Under the pieces are notes generated by a model. That model saw only the letters and a list, made by a program, of their open reading frames with translations. It made no database searches and had not been told where the DNA came from. A stretch of 39,680 bases of DNA from assembly GCF_004010195.1 (NCBI RefSeq), contig NC_057751.1, forward strand, positions 13,499,327-13,539,006, written 5' to 3'. Position 1 is the first letter of the stretch; each line of letters begins with the position of its first letter. The stretch is from Chiloscyllium plagiosum. Taxonomy: Eukaryota. A program made the translations under genes and the position numbers. Shown here in pieces: positions 11,953 to 23,737 of the stretch.

Positions 11953-12582
11953 TGTTATGGACCAGGCCAGACCCCCTCAAAACATTTCAAGGAAGAAATC
12001 CAGATCCTAACTTTGCTTGTTGTTTTCAGCAGGTGTCAAGTGGATATTCCAGGAGTAATGCAGCTGGTCAAACCACTTGGTTTTAAACAAAACAGAATTT
12101 ATTTACAAGATTTCCAAATGAAACACAAATAAAAGAGAACAGAATAACTTAACCTATCCAAACGCCTTACAGATTATCCCAATATAATGATGCTGTTCCA
12201 AATACCTGCAGCAATCCCCATAAACGTCCCTTGGCTTGAAAGGTAAAATCAAACACAGGGTCTTACAGAAGAGATGTCAGAAACAGGGAGGATCAGCGTG
12301 GACCTGATTCTTTTGGTCAAGCAGCTTCACAACTCTGCTTAGTAAAACAAAACCAAACCAGAGTAAAGCTGAGCTGAGAGAACTGGCCACTCCCCTTTCA
12401 TCGTACAAGTGTTTTCTTTAAAATTTGAAAGCCTTTTGCCTGAGGCAGTATCTGTTAGCTATTATCAAACTGGCCCTAAACCCTTTCAAACCTCGACTTT
12501 TTGGAATTGCCGCTTTTATGACCTATCTGAAAAAAAGAAGCCAAGGACAGCAAAACCTTGTTAAAAGAGCAGCATCGTCACA
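11953..12582 (-). repeat. 3' LTR of the Gmr1-like element
   Basis: tgttatggacc...gcatcgtcaca; abutting PPT aaatgggggaag on - (about 12583-12594). Confidence 0.9.
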
Positions 12583-12764
12583 CTTCCCCCATTTAAAAAA
12601 ATCAATATCCAAACATGGTTTCATTTTAAAACCCCTTAATCTTAAATTGTTCATACACTACAGCACACATATACATCACATTGACAATAATCATGTAAAC
12701 ATGCACGACTACATTCTGTTTCAGTCTGTCTAACTGCTGCCACTAAACGCCTCCATTTCTCACT

Positions 12765-14030
12765 CAAGTCTCGACAATGTGTCGGCAATCATGTTTTCTC
12801 GTCCTGGCACATGCACAATCTTCAAATTCAATGGCTGTAACAACAAGCTCCACCTAAACAGTCTGGTATTTTTGTCCTTAAATTTCTCCACAAACGTCAG
12901 TTATGATCAGTGTATATGATTGTCTCAGATACAGTACTGGTAACATAAACATTGAAATGTTGTAACGCCAACACCAAGCTCAAAGTGTCCTTCTCAACTG
13001 TCGAATATTTCTGCTGATGAATGTTCAATTTCCTGGTAAAATACCTGATAGGTCTTTCTATCTTCTCGTCCTGTCCTTGCGAGAGCACAGCACCCACACT
13101 CACATCATTCACATCGATAGCTACCTTGAAAGGCTCTGCGTTATTAGGTCTGGCTAATACAGTGGCTGTGGTTAACACAGCTTTCAGGCTATCAAGTGCC
13201 TTCTGACTGTCCGCTGTTCACTGAAACCTCTTGCCTTTCTTTAGCAATTCAGTGAGTGGAGCAGCCACACTGCTAAAATTTGGGACAAATTTTTGACAAA
13301 ATCCATTCAATCCCAGGAATTGTAGTACTGCTCTTTTTGTCGATGGTGTGGGAAACTCCCAAATTATCTTTGTTTTTGCATTCCGTAGGCCATTTGTCCG
13401 TGCCTAATAACATCACCCAGGAAGGTGACTTGGCAAATTCACTTTTAGCCAGGTTCATCACCAAACCTGCATCCCGAAGTCATTCTAATAAATGTTGCAA
13501 TTATTCCTTCCATGTGTGACTAAAAATCATCAGGTCATCGAAATATATGACACAATTGGGTAATCTGGCAATGACCATATTGGTTAGTCTCTCAAATGTG
13601 GCTGGTGCATTTTTCATACCAAACAGCATGACTTTAAACTTATACAGTCCATTCAGCATTACAAAAGTTTAAATTGTCTTTCTGACAAAGGTACCTGCCA
13701 GTATCCTCTGAGCAAGTCCAAATTAGAAATATAAATCACTTGTCCCACCTTCTCAACACAGTCTTCCAAACGTGGAATCAGACATGCATCAGTCTTTGTA
13801 ACTGTATTGATTTTGCAATAGTCGGCATATAACCATTGGGTACCATCTGGTTTTGACACCATTACTATGAGTGAGCTCCAGTCACTGTAACTCACTACAG
13901 TTATGTTGTCTTGGAATGTGCGTTGAATTTCGTTTGAACCTAAACCAACTTCAGAGGGTTATGCCTATAAGGATGGTGCTTAATCAGAACAGCATCTCCT
14001 ATTTCTACATCACACATGATTAGATAGTGA
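12765..14030 (-). pseudogene. RT and RNase H remnants of the Gmr1-like element
   Basis: YADYCKIN, LDLLRGYWQVPL, VIYFDDL (13531-13551), AIDVNDVSVGAVL, YTDHN, ENMIADTLSR. Confidence 0.9.
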
Positions 14031-14230
14031 TCTAATTTCCCAGCTTATTTCCACATATGTCCCGATATGATAGCTATCACTAGAAGTAACTGATCCCCGA
14101 CAGCATAATTGCGAGTTTTTGATTTCTTATCTGCTTCCTGTTTCATTGTTTACTGTGATACTTCTAAATGCTGTCCAGCCATCTCCCCTGCTTTACTCAA
14201 TTGTTCCTAAAAATTTGACACATAGTCCAA

Positions 14231-15100
14231 TTATGTGGCCTCTGAATTTTGACTTACCAATTTCTCCCTAATCAATTTTAATGGTCCTCTCACTTCCTGC
14301 CCAAAAACTAATTCAAATAGACTGAATTTGATCATTTGGTGCATCTCTGATAGTAAAAAGCACAACAGAATTCCCTTATGCCAATCATCTGGATTGTCTT
14401 GACTATAAGCCCTCAACATGGTCTTAAATGTCTGATATCACTTTACTAGCACTCCCTGCAACTCCAGATGATATGCAGTAGATTTGAATTGTTTTATACC
14501 TAAGCTGTCCATAAATTCTTTGAATAATTTTGATGTGATGTTTGAACCTTGATCTGATTGTATCTCTGTGGGTAGTCCATATCTAGTGAAAAATTTGAGT
14601 AATTCTCCCATAATCCTTTTAGCTGTGATATTGCGGAATGGAACAGCCTCTGGAAATCCAGTGGACTCATCCATTATTGTTAACAAATACTGATTCCGAC
14701 TTTTTGTTTTAGTTGGGGTCCTACACAACCAATTATGACTCTTGTAAAAGATTCCTCAAATGTAGGAATAAATATTAAAGGTGCGAGTTTTAATACTGCC
14801 TATGGTTTTCCAAATACCTGACATGTATGACATGGCTGGCAAAGTTCAACTACATCCTTGTGCAGTCCAGTCCAGTAAAAATGTTTTTGTATTTTAGCTC
14901 GTTATTTTCTTATGCCTAAATGATACCCTGCTGGTAGCTTATGCGCCACTCACAACACCTCTGTTCTATAACCCACAGGCAATATGACTTGATGAACTTC
15001 TACCCATTTCGCATCAGCCTGAATATGTGATGGTCTCCATTTCCTCATTAAGATATCATTTTTAAGATATTAGCCTTCAGGGCTACACTCAGATTCTTCC
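14231..15100 (-). pseudogene. Integrase remnant lying upstream of RT
   Basis: YHLG...FYW...CQPCHTCQ zinc finger, YLLTIMD, IQSDQGSN, STAYH. Confidence 0.9.
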
Positions 15101-15730
15101 TGCATGTGTGCCTCTTGATACAATTGCTTTAAATTTCTACCTTTCTGCTATGACTCAGTTAATTTATCTGAGCGAAAGATGTTTGCTTTATCATCTATCT
15201 GCTCCTGGCTTGTCTCAACCATCTGATCAAACAGGGTCTCCATTAATTCCACTTCAACTTTCTTATCTGTACTGTTTGATCTTTCCTGTTTCAACTGGTG
15301 ACTTTGTGACCTTGTTACTACACATTCTGGAAAAATCCTAGGATACGTGTCCTGCAATAGTTGAGTTGCCTGAGTTTCCACTGGCTTTTAAACTATGGTA
15401 GGCAGCACTCCTACCTGTGAACCAGCTATATCGTTTGCAAGGACAAATTATATTCCTGGAGCTGAGAGTTTGTCCAGTATTACTACTACAACTTCTCCAC
15501 TCTTCACTGGACACTCCAACCTCACTCTACATAAGCAAGCGCTTCTTGTCTCATTGTGATTTCCTATTACAAGCACCTTTTCTTTCAATAGTCCTTCAGA
15601 GGTACATCTGTCTTCATCTTTCAACATCACAGATTGAGAGGATCCTGTTTCTCTGAATATTGTAACCTCTTTCCTGCTGCTCTTGGTCTATGTGAGTAAA
15701 CTTTACCTTTGCAAATATATGGTTTAAGAA

Positions 15731-15850
15731 GGTGAAGGAGCGTCGCTCCAAAAGCTAGTGTGCTTCCGATTAAACCTGTTGGACTATAACCTGGTGTTGT
15801 GTGATTTTTAACTTTGTACACCCCAGTCCAACACCAACATCTCCAAATCT
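15731..15850 (+). mobile_element. Single-arm PLE-terminal fragment, family B, inserted in the Gmr1-like element
   Basis: gaaggagcgtcgctccaaaagctagtg...ctccaaatc; reverse complement of 5252-5365. Confidence 0.8.
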
Positions 15851-16010
15851 TGATTTATGGACCAACTCATAATCGTCAATCGTTTTAGTTGCTAATCTTG
15901 CTGTTTTAACTCTCTGCACTTTCATGAGTTCTCACTACTTCAGGAAGTGAATTTTTGAATTCCTCCAAAATAAGCATCTCTCTAAGAGCATCATGGGTTT
16001 GCTCCTTTTT

Positions 16011-19000
16011 AAAAATATATTTTCATCAAAAAATAGATTTTTAAATATTACAACAAATACAAACAAAACAATTCAAAACTACTACAAAGGAAGAACACCA
16101 AGAAACATTTTAAAAACCCAAACTGCCCTCAGAAACAAATGCATAAATATACAAAACTATATTTAAAAGACCCAACTGCTTAACTAAATAAATAATAACT
16201 AACAACAAACGAATAAATAATAATAATTCAGGTCAGCAAAACAAAATACTAACTCTTGAATATCGAGACTATTACTTTCCACATATTCATATGTTTGCAG
16301 TTCCCCCTCTCTGGATATTGGACTCGTCCAGCACAATTGTTATGGCTATATAAAAGCCCTTATTAGTGTGACAGACAAATCTGTGTCCAGGTAGTCCAAA
16401 TAGGACCGCCATGTCTTGTAGAAGTTCTCAGTTTTGTGGTGTACCATAGTTGTAAGAAAATCCAAGGGGATATACTCCATAACAATCTTACGCAACCTGA
16501 CAGCCTGGGGATTTTCAGACACCCAACCGAACAAAATATTCTTTATTTTGCAGAAAGTGAGGATGTTGAAAAGTTTTATCTGTGGCGCATCTACAGGGAA
16601 CACACTGGGCTGGTCAAGAAGTAGAGAGATCGGGTCCTTCTCCACCCTTACACCCAAAATCCCCTCCATTGCACCTGTCACAGCACTCCAGCATGTTTCA
16701 AGCCTACCAAAGGACTAGAGACAATGGGTAAGAGTGCCTGTACTAACTTTACACTTCGGGCATGTTGAAGATACCCCTGGTTTAAATTTTGACAAAAGAT
16801 CCAGAGCCAAGTGGACTCTGTGGAGAATTTTCAACTGTAAAGCATGGGTCCTATTGTAAATTGAAATCTTTCTTGCGTTTTACCAAATATTTTCCCATGC
16901 CTCTGAGCAGATCTCAACACCTAGCTCTCTCCCACCACACCCTGCAAAGTCGATCAAACTCATCTGAGGGATCGCCCACCAACTGATGATATAAAGTGCT
17001 GACAGAAAGTGCATTCTTTGCACTGAGCACCCTCCTTTCTATGTCAGATTTATAGGGATCAGTCAAAAGTGCTGTCCTTTTTTGAATAAAATCCCTAACT
17101 TGAAAAAAACAAGTTAGTCCCTGCTAGATGGCTCGTATTTCCACACTAACTGATCAAAATACATCACTGAGTCTCCCTCAAATAAATCATCCATGCAAGG
17201 TGTAAGAATTGATGTTTTGCCAGAATTGCCTTCCCTCTGCCAAATTGCATTCCATGCTTTAGTAGTATTGATAACTATTGGGTTATGGCAATATTCCTTA
17301 ACTGTCCTCATTTTGTCCAAAATCAGCAAAATAGTAAGGGAGCACTTTGCCTGAGCGGTTTCGATATCTAACCATATTGAAAAAGGGTCCCTACAAGCCC
17401 AATCATTCACCTAAGATAAAAGAAAGTTTAGTTGATAGGTTTTAATGTCCAGGAGATCCACTCCCTCCAGTCTGTGAGGGAATTGCAGTTTAGCTAACTT
17501 AATAAGGGGCCACTTACGATGCTAAATAAAAGAGCTGAACCAGCCGTTCAGTCTCTTGAATGTTTGCTTATCGAAAATTAGGGGGAGCATCCGTATAGGA
17601 TATAACAAATGGTTCGGGAATAATCATCTTAATAAGAGCGATCCAACCTAACCATGAGACCAGAAGCGCCTCCCATCTTTGAAGGTCTTGTTTGAGTTTG
17701 TCAAATAATTGAACAAAATTAGCTTTAAACAACTGATCGAGAACTAGAGTGATGAATATGCCCCAATACATAAACACCCCTGTGACCACTTAAATGGGAA
17801 TCGAGATTCGCCCTCAAGACCAAGCACCTTCGTAAGATCACCCATAGGATAGCCTCTGATTTTACAAAATTAATCTTGTACCCTGAAAGGGTGCTAAACA
17901 AGCTGATGCATTATATAAGGCAAGCACTGAAACTGCTGGATTTGACAAAAAAAATGAGGACATCGTCCATGTACAATAAAATCTTATGTAATCTGGAGCC
18001 ACTTCTGGAGCCAATATACTGGGATCACTATGAATGGCCTTCACCAATAGCTCAATCACCAATGCAAAAAGCAATGGTGAAAGGGGCATCCATATGCTAA
18101 AGTTGCTTGACTGTACCCCATTGGTGATGACTGCAGTGAGAGAGTCACTGTAAAGAACCTTTACCCATCTTATAAAGGCTTCACCGATGCCAAACCACTC
18201 CAGAGTATAGAAAAGATATGGCCACTCAACTCTGTCAAATGCCTTCTCTGCTCAAGCTGCACCACAAATGCAAGCAGAAAAGAAAGAAAAAACATTATGA
18301 AATAACAAAGTGAACAAAGACATTTTGAAAAAAAAAGGTAAGTACCTCCCCATCCTTTGATATAACTTAACTTAGAAATTGAAAGTACGCATCCCAACTG
18401 CCCCTGAGCATAGTTGAGACTAGATGGTTACCAACAAAAACAAGGAAAAGAAAGCCCCCGACTGGACTTCCCTTTTTCTTAAAGAAAAGTAGAGATATGC
18501 CCAAATAACAATACTATTTGTACATACTAAATTGTTCAGATCAAATTAATTTGTCCACAAAGTCTCTTGCCTTCTCTGACATATCAAAGAGATGTACAGA
18601 TCCATCTAAGGTGATCCAAAGTACCGCCAGATCCTGAGTTCCCTCAGTCTTTTCTTGATGCTGTCATAGGATTTTCTTTTCCGGATCACTGCCGCTGAGA
18701 AGTCCTGGAAGAGCATGATCTTAGAGACCTCATAAACTAGGGCCTTTGGATCCTTCCCCTGGGTTCCAGAAGCTTCCACGATTCCCTCCTTATCTCTATA
18801 GTGGTGAAACTGCACCAAAACAGGATGAGGACATTGGTCCAGATCTGACCTCCACGCTGTGAGCTGGTGAGCCCTCTCAATCTTCAAGCTATTCATTCCA
18901 GCCTCCAAGTTAAGAAATTTCGGCAACTAGTCCACAATACATGCCACCGGTCGCTCACCTTCCTTACCCTTGGCAGACTGACGATCGGAATATTTTTTCT

Positions 19001-19519
19001 CCTGTCCCTGTTCTCAAGGTCATCAACCTGGTCAAGCAAATTACAGATGTGCTTCTCCAGGGCCTGGATTCTATCCTTGGAGGAACTGGTAGCAGTTTCC
19101 ACCTCCGTGACTCTGTGTTCTGCCTCATCTCTCCTTTTGTCCAGGTCTCCGAGCTGCTGTTCATGCTTCTGCAGCATGATAGAGATCAGGACCAGCTTCT
19201 CCTCTGTCTGCTTGCCCAACACATCACACAAGACTTCGCGAGCTCCTTTACCAGGGCCTGGTACGAAATAGAGTCCGAGGATCCTGCAGGCTCGGCCGCG
19301 GGCCCAGCCTCGGACGTACCTCCTCCCTTCTTCGGCATCCCTGGGCAGCGAAAACCAAGGTAAATTGCTCTCTGACAGTTTCCTGGGACTCCACAACATT
19401 TCCAGAGTCCCAGGATATCACAGTGATCTGGTTGGGTGGGTGAAAACTTAGTCCCGCTTGCGCTGCGGTGCGGAAGTCTGCAACGCGATCTTCCCAGATT
19501 GCCGCCATCTTGGATCTCC
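16011..19519 (-). mobile_element. L1-clade LINE with intact 5' end and internally deleted ORF2
   Basis: 5' end ggagatccaagatggcggc; ORF1 motifs DDLENRDRRKNI, IERAH, FQDFS; ORF2 motifs AEKAFDRVEW, LSPLLFAL, YMDD; TSD AAAAATAGAGC (19520-19530) / AAAAAGGAGC (16001-16010) at a TT/AAAA site; EN domain not found. Confidence 0.9.
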
Positions 19520-19530
19520 GCTCTATTTTT

Positions 19531-20411
19531 AATGCCTTTATCCACCTCTCAAAATTACTTTGTTTGATCCTTTCAAACTCAGTGTAGGTTTGACCAGGGT
19601 CCCTCCTTAGATTCCTGAAGCATTGTAGGCTTCTGGCACAAGCTCATATGCATTAAGATGGCTTTCTTCACCTCCTCATATGCCCCAGATGCCTCCTCTG
19701 ATAGTGATGCAAATACCTCACTAGCTCTACCTCCAATTTTTGTTTGGATCAACAAAACCCACATGGTCACTGGCCACCGCATTTGTTTAGCCACCTTTTC
19801 AAATGAGATGAAAAAGGCTTCCCTGTCCTTCTCCTCAAATTTGAGCAATGGTTGAATATATTTAAACTGTTTCTCCCAAGGCCTTTGGCTACCATGGGTT
19901 TGTTCATCCTCACTCCCTTAGTCATCAAGCTTCCCTTCAGCCTTCATCTCCATCCTTTTCAGCTGAATTTCCTGTCGAAGTAACAATTTCTGAAGTTCAA
20001 ACTCTCTCTTTCATCCTTTCCACTCTCTCCTTGTCTCTCTCTTCTCTCTTTCTTTCTCCCTCTTTTTCTTTTTGTTCTGCTCAAGCAATTCATTCTTTTT
20101 CTCGTTGTTATGCTTTCAATTGTAATTCAAACAATTTCATTTCTTTTGCCCTTTCCTTTTCGGTTGCCACGAGTTCAAGCTGCTCCCATTTTCAATTAAC
20201 TTTAGCCATCTCTTAAGATTCCGATGGTGTTTCCAACAACTTTAAATGCTGAGCTGTTGCTGTTATTATCTCTCCTTTCCTTACGAAATGAAGCAGCTCA
20301 CATCCAAGCTTGTGTGCAAATTGTAGCAGCTTGTCCCTAATCACCATTTGTAAAACCTCTCAAAGTCAGTTCTTCCACCCTCAGAAAACTCTTAGTGACT
20401 GGAAAAGCCAT
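19531..20411 (-). pseudogene. gag remnant of the Gmr1-like element (continues at 15860-16000 beyond the L1)
   Basis: Coiled-coil region then FEEKDREAFFISFEKVAKQMRWP...YEEVKKAIL; joining across the L1 restores ALKIEQTHDALREMLILEEF. Confidence 0.8.
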
Positions 20412-20533
20412 TGCTTTCTGAAACACTGCTTCAACTACCACAAAATCAACCCCTAAAAGCAAAAGTTACTAACCCCTTCCACTCACAGCCTTTGAGTCTT
20501 ACACCCTTATCCTAATTTGGATATATAGAACAA

Positions 20534-20552
20534 ATCCTGCAAAGAACCCCCA
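20534..20552 (-). other. Degenerate primer-binding site (tRNA-Pro type)
   Basis: tgggggttctttgcaggat 3 nt after the 5' LTR, versus canonical TGGGGGCTCGTCCGGGAT. Confidence 0.65.
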
Positions 20553-20555
20553 ATC

Positions 20556-21192
20556 TGTTATGGACCAGGCCAGGTCCCCTTAAAACATTTCAAGAAAGTA
20601 GCCCAGACCCTAATTTTGCTAGTTGTATTAAGAAGGTATAAAACGGATATTCCAAGGGTGGGACTGCTGGCCCAACCACTGAGTTTTAAACAAAACAGAA
20701 TTTATTTGCAAGATTACCGAATGAAACACAAACAAGAGAGAACAGAATATAGAATAACTTAACCTATCCAAAAACCCAACAGATTTCCCCATCTTAATAA
20801 TGCTGTTCCAAATACTTGCAACAATCCCCATAAACACCCCTTTGCAAAAGAAGTCCAACACAGGTTCTTCCAGGAGAGATGTCAGAAAGTGGGATGGTGA
20901 GCATGGGCCTGCTTCTTTGGATTCAGCAGCCTCACTAAAACTGCTTGCTAAAACCAAATAAAACCAAAGAAAAGCTGAGCTGGCAGAACTGGCCAGTCGC
21001 CTCTCATGTTACAAGTGTTTTGCTTTTAAACTTGAAAGCCTTCTGCCTGAGGCAGTATCTGTTAGCTATTATCAAATTGGCCCTAAAACCCTTTAAACCT
21101 AGACACCCCGGAACCCGTGTCTTGACAACTGATCTGAAGAAAAAAACCACCAAGGACAACATAACCTTGTTAAAAGGAGCAGCATCATCACA
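20556..21192 (-). repeat. 5' LTR of the Gmr1-like element
   Basis: Colinear with 11953-12582; TG...CA ends. Confidence 0.9.
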
Positions 21193-21820
21193 CAGCAGCC
21201 TCCCCACATTCATAGAAATGGCTGGATATACCCTGGATTCACGTCAAATAAACCGGTCCTGTCATGGAGTCCATGTTTTCAATCATTATGGACATCCATT
21301 CAAAGTTGTTGGACGTGCATAGAGTTCATTCATTGAACCCGCGGACAACAATAGAAAAACTACAAGCATCTTTTGCAATACACAGACTCCCTGAAACGTT
21401 GGTCACAGACAACTGGCTACTGTTTACCAACAGGAAATTTAAGCATTCCCTAAAGTCAAATGGCATTTGGCAGGAAAGGACAGCTCCATACCATCTGTCA
21501 TCCAATTGTCTAGCAGAAAGAGCCAACCAAACTTTGAAGGCAGGCTTAAAGAAACAGCTTACAATGTCACTAGGTACCAAACAGCCCCTGTTCCTGTTTG
21601 ATTATAGGACCACCCCTGATGCAACTACAGGGACAGTGTCAGCAGAGTTAGTAAAGGTGAGAAGACATGGCAGCAGGTTAAATCTGATTTTCTCAGACCT
21701 CGGGGGAAGGGGATGAAATGGCATCAATGCCAGACACTAGACTCCTCTATGTGAGAGAGGCAGTTTACTTCAGGGGACAAAGTTTGTCAAAATCATGGAA
21801 ATGGCTGTGCATGGGCAAAA
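21193..21820 (+). mobile_element. Outer Gypsy element, right part (integrase core)
   Basis: IIMDIHSK, LPETLVTDN, TAPYHLSSNCLAER, YRTTP; resumes directly after the zinc finger left at about 11940. Confidence 0.85.
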
Positions 21821-22622
21821 GGATTCCATTAGAGCATAGCAAACTGAAGCAACTAGACTGGGTCTTATGTAGCTAGTGGCTAGTAGAACGTGGAAGTCAA
21901 GGGATAAACTGCGCATGTAGACCTAAGCCTGATTTAGAGTATTTGATTCAAGGCAAACTTATAGAGTTAAATTAAGAGTTAGGGCTACACGTGGATTAAG
22001 TAAAGTCAGATAAGTTGAAGTTAAATGAAGTGAGTTAAAGTTCGGTTAGACGAAAAGAGAAGTAAATGTTGCCACAAATGTATGCTTTAATTAAGTATTG
22101 GTACTTAAAGCATTAAATAAAGGAGGGTTTGTTGAATTAAAATCTGAATTAGTTCCCTATCTTTTGTCTGTCACACAAGGGAAGGACACCTTGGAAGAGA
22201 TTGAAAATGCCTTTTTGGGGATCAGAAGCATTTAATAATACACAGAGCCTTATAATTGGCAGACAGAAATAGAATGAACACAGATTATGCCACTTTCAAT
22301 TCAACAACATCAGTGACAGCCATTCCCTGATTAATTTCTGCAATATCTTGACCTATCAGAGTCATCATGCCTGGTTTAAAATTGAAACAAAGTTGAGCAA
22401 TCACCTGCCCATCGTCTGACTTGTGCATTCTCCCTGGCAATGCCTCAAATAATCAGAGTCTACTTGACAACCAGTCAGCACTCTCTTCTCACACAGAGTT
22501 TTCACTTTACACTGGTGTTGTGAATTTTCCAAATCAAAAAGCTTCCACAGTGTGTGTCTTTGTTCAATACTCAAATGGTATTACTTTATTTAATGTACAG
22601 ATATATGTGATTTTAGAGAAGA

Positions 22623-23187
22623 TTTGTAGCTTAGGTTGTAAATGAGGTTGTAGGATTGCTCACTGAGCTGGTAGATTTGTTCTCAGACGTTTCACCACCA
22701 TGCTAGGTAACATCATCAGGAGCCTCCAGTGAAGTGCTGTTTGCTACTTACATGTCTTGGTCGGTTGTGGTGGGTGATATCACTTCCAGTTCTTTTTCTG
22801 AGAGGTTGATAAATGGGGTCCAAATCAATATGTTTGAGAGAAAGAGGGACACCAGTTCAACTGGGACAATTCATCTATCCTGGGACAGGCTAAACAAAGG
22901 ACGCGCACAGAAATTCCTAGAGGCCTGGTATTCAAACCAGAACTCCATTAACAAGCATATTGATGTGGACTCCATCTCCCAATCTCTCAGAAAAAGAAAC
23001 GGAATTGATATCACCCAGCACAACAGACCAAGACACATATATAGAAAGCGGGACATAACACCAGTGCTTCATCGGAGGCTCACTGATGATGTTACCTGGC
23101 ATGGTGACATCACTGATGATGTTACCGTGCATGGTGAGGAAACGTCTGAGATCAAATCTACCAGTTCAGTGAGCAAACTTACAATCA
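22623..23187 (+). mobile_element. 5'-truncated Penelope-like element, family C, preceded by an inverted copy of its own 3' end
   Basis: KFLEAWYSNQNSINKHIDVD matches the PLE endonuclease C-terminus; about 22643-22836 is the diverged reverse complement of about 22952-23187. Confidence 0.85.
23079..23150 (+). ncRNA. Minimal hammerhead motif, family C, with a 30-bp tandem duplication of core and stem II
   Basis: CTCA-CTGATGA-T-GTTACC-6nt-GGTGAC ... CTGATGA-T-GTTACC-6nt-GGTGAG-GAAACGTC-TGAG; antisense copy at 22682-22723. Confidence 0.75.
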
Positions 23188-23619
23188 GTACAGATAAAAT
23201 TATTGATGCTGTGAGCAGGCAAGTTCTGAATACATTTATAGTAAATGTTGCTGTAACTTTTAAAATTCATTAATCAAGTTATCTATTGGCTTCAGCTAAA
23301 TGAGAAAGGAGGATCGCATGAAGCATTCAGCAGCTATTGACAAGTCAGTTATCAATGAAGGCTTTAATTTATGTCATATTCATCAGAAGATACTTGTCAA
23401 ACATTATACATATATAATTTCTCAGTTTCTGACCTGAAACATTTCAACCATTTTTTAACCATTTTCAACTATCTTTTTAGGATGATAACTGCAAATGATA
23501 GAGAAAATTATTACTCCTTGTCATTGAAAGTAGTAAATAATCTTGAGAATATTAGAATGATTGTCATGCAAGGAAGTAAAGATATTTATCCATCAGGGTA
23601 TCAGTATGCTACATCATGC

Positions 23620-23737
23620 AGCGGTGGCTCAGTGGTTAGCATTGCTAGTCAAAGGGAAATGGATCTGAGTGGGTTACTCTTTGGAGGGTTAGTGTGGACT
23701 CATTGGATTAGATTACTGTAGGGAATCTAATCTAATC
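23620..23737 (+). mobile_element. Internally deleted HE1-like SINE (A-box head fused to tail)
   Basis: ggtggctcagtggttagca, then gggttactctttggagggt...ctgtagggaatctaatctaatc. Confidence 0.7.

Larger units (their letters stand above)
11953..21192 (-). mobile_element. Gmr1-like Ty3/Gypsy LTR retrotransposon, two LTRs, decayed
   Basis: TG...CA LTRs at both ends; TSD CAGC (11949-11952 / 21193-21196); PBS and PPT on -; domain order gag-PR-IN-RT-RH. Confidence 0.9.

Noticed and set aside
21830..22177. Possible LTR (AATAAA and ...tgtcacaca end) as the outer Gypsy 3' LTR
   Set aside because: No similarity to the candidate LTR at 10322-10500 and no TSD identified.
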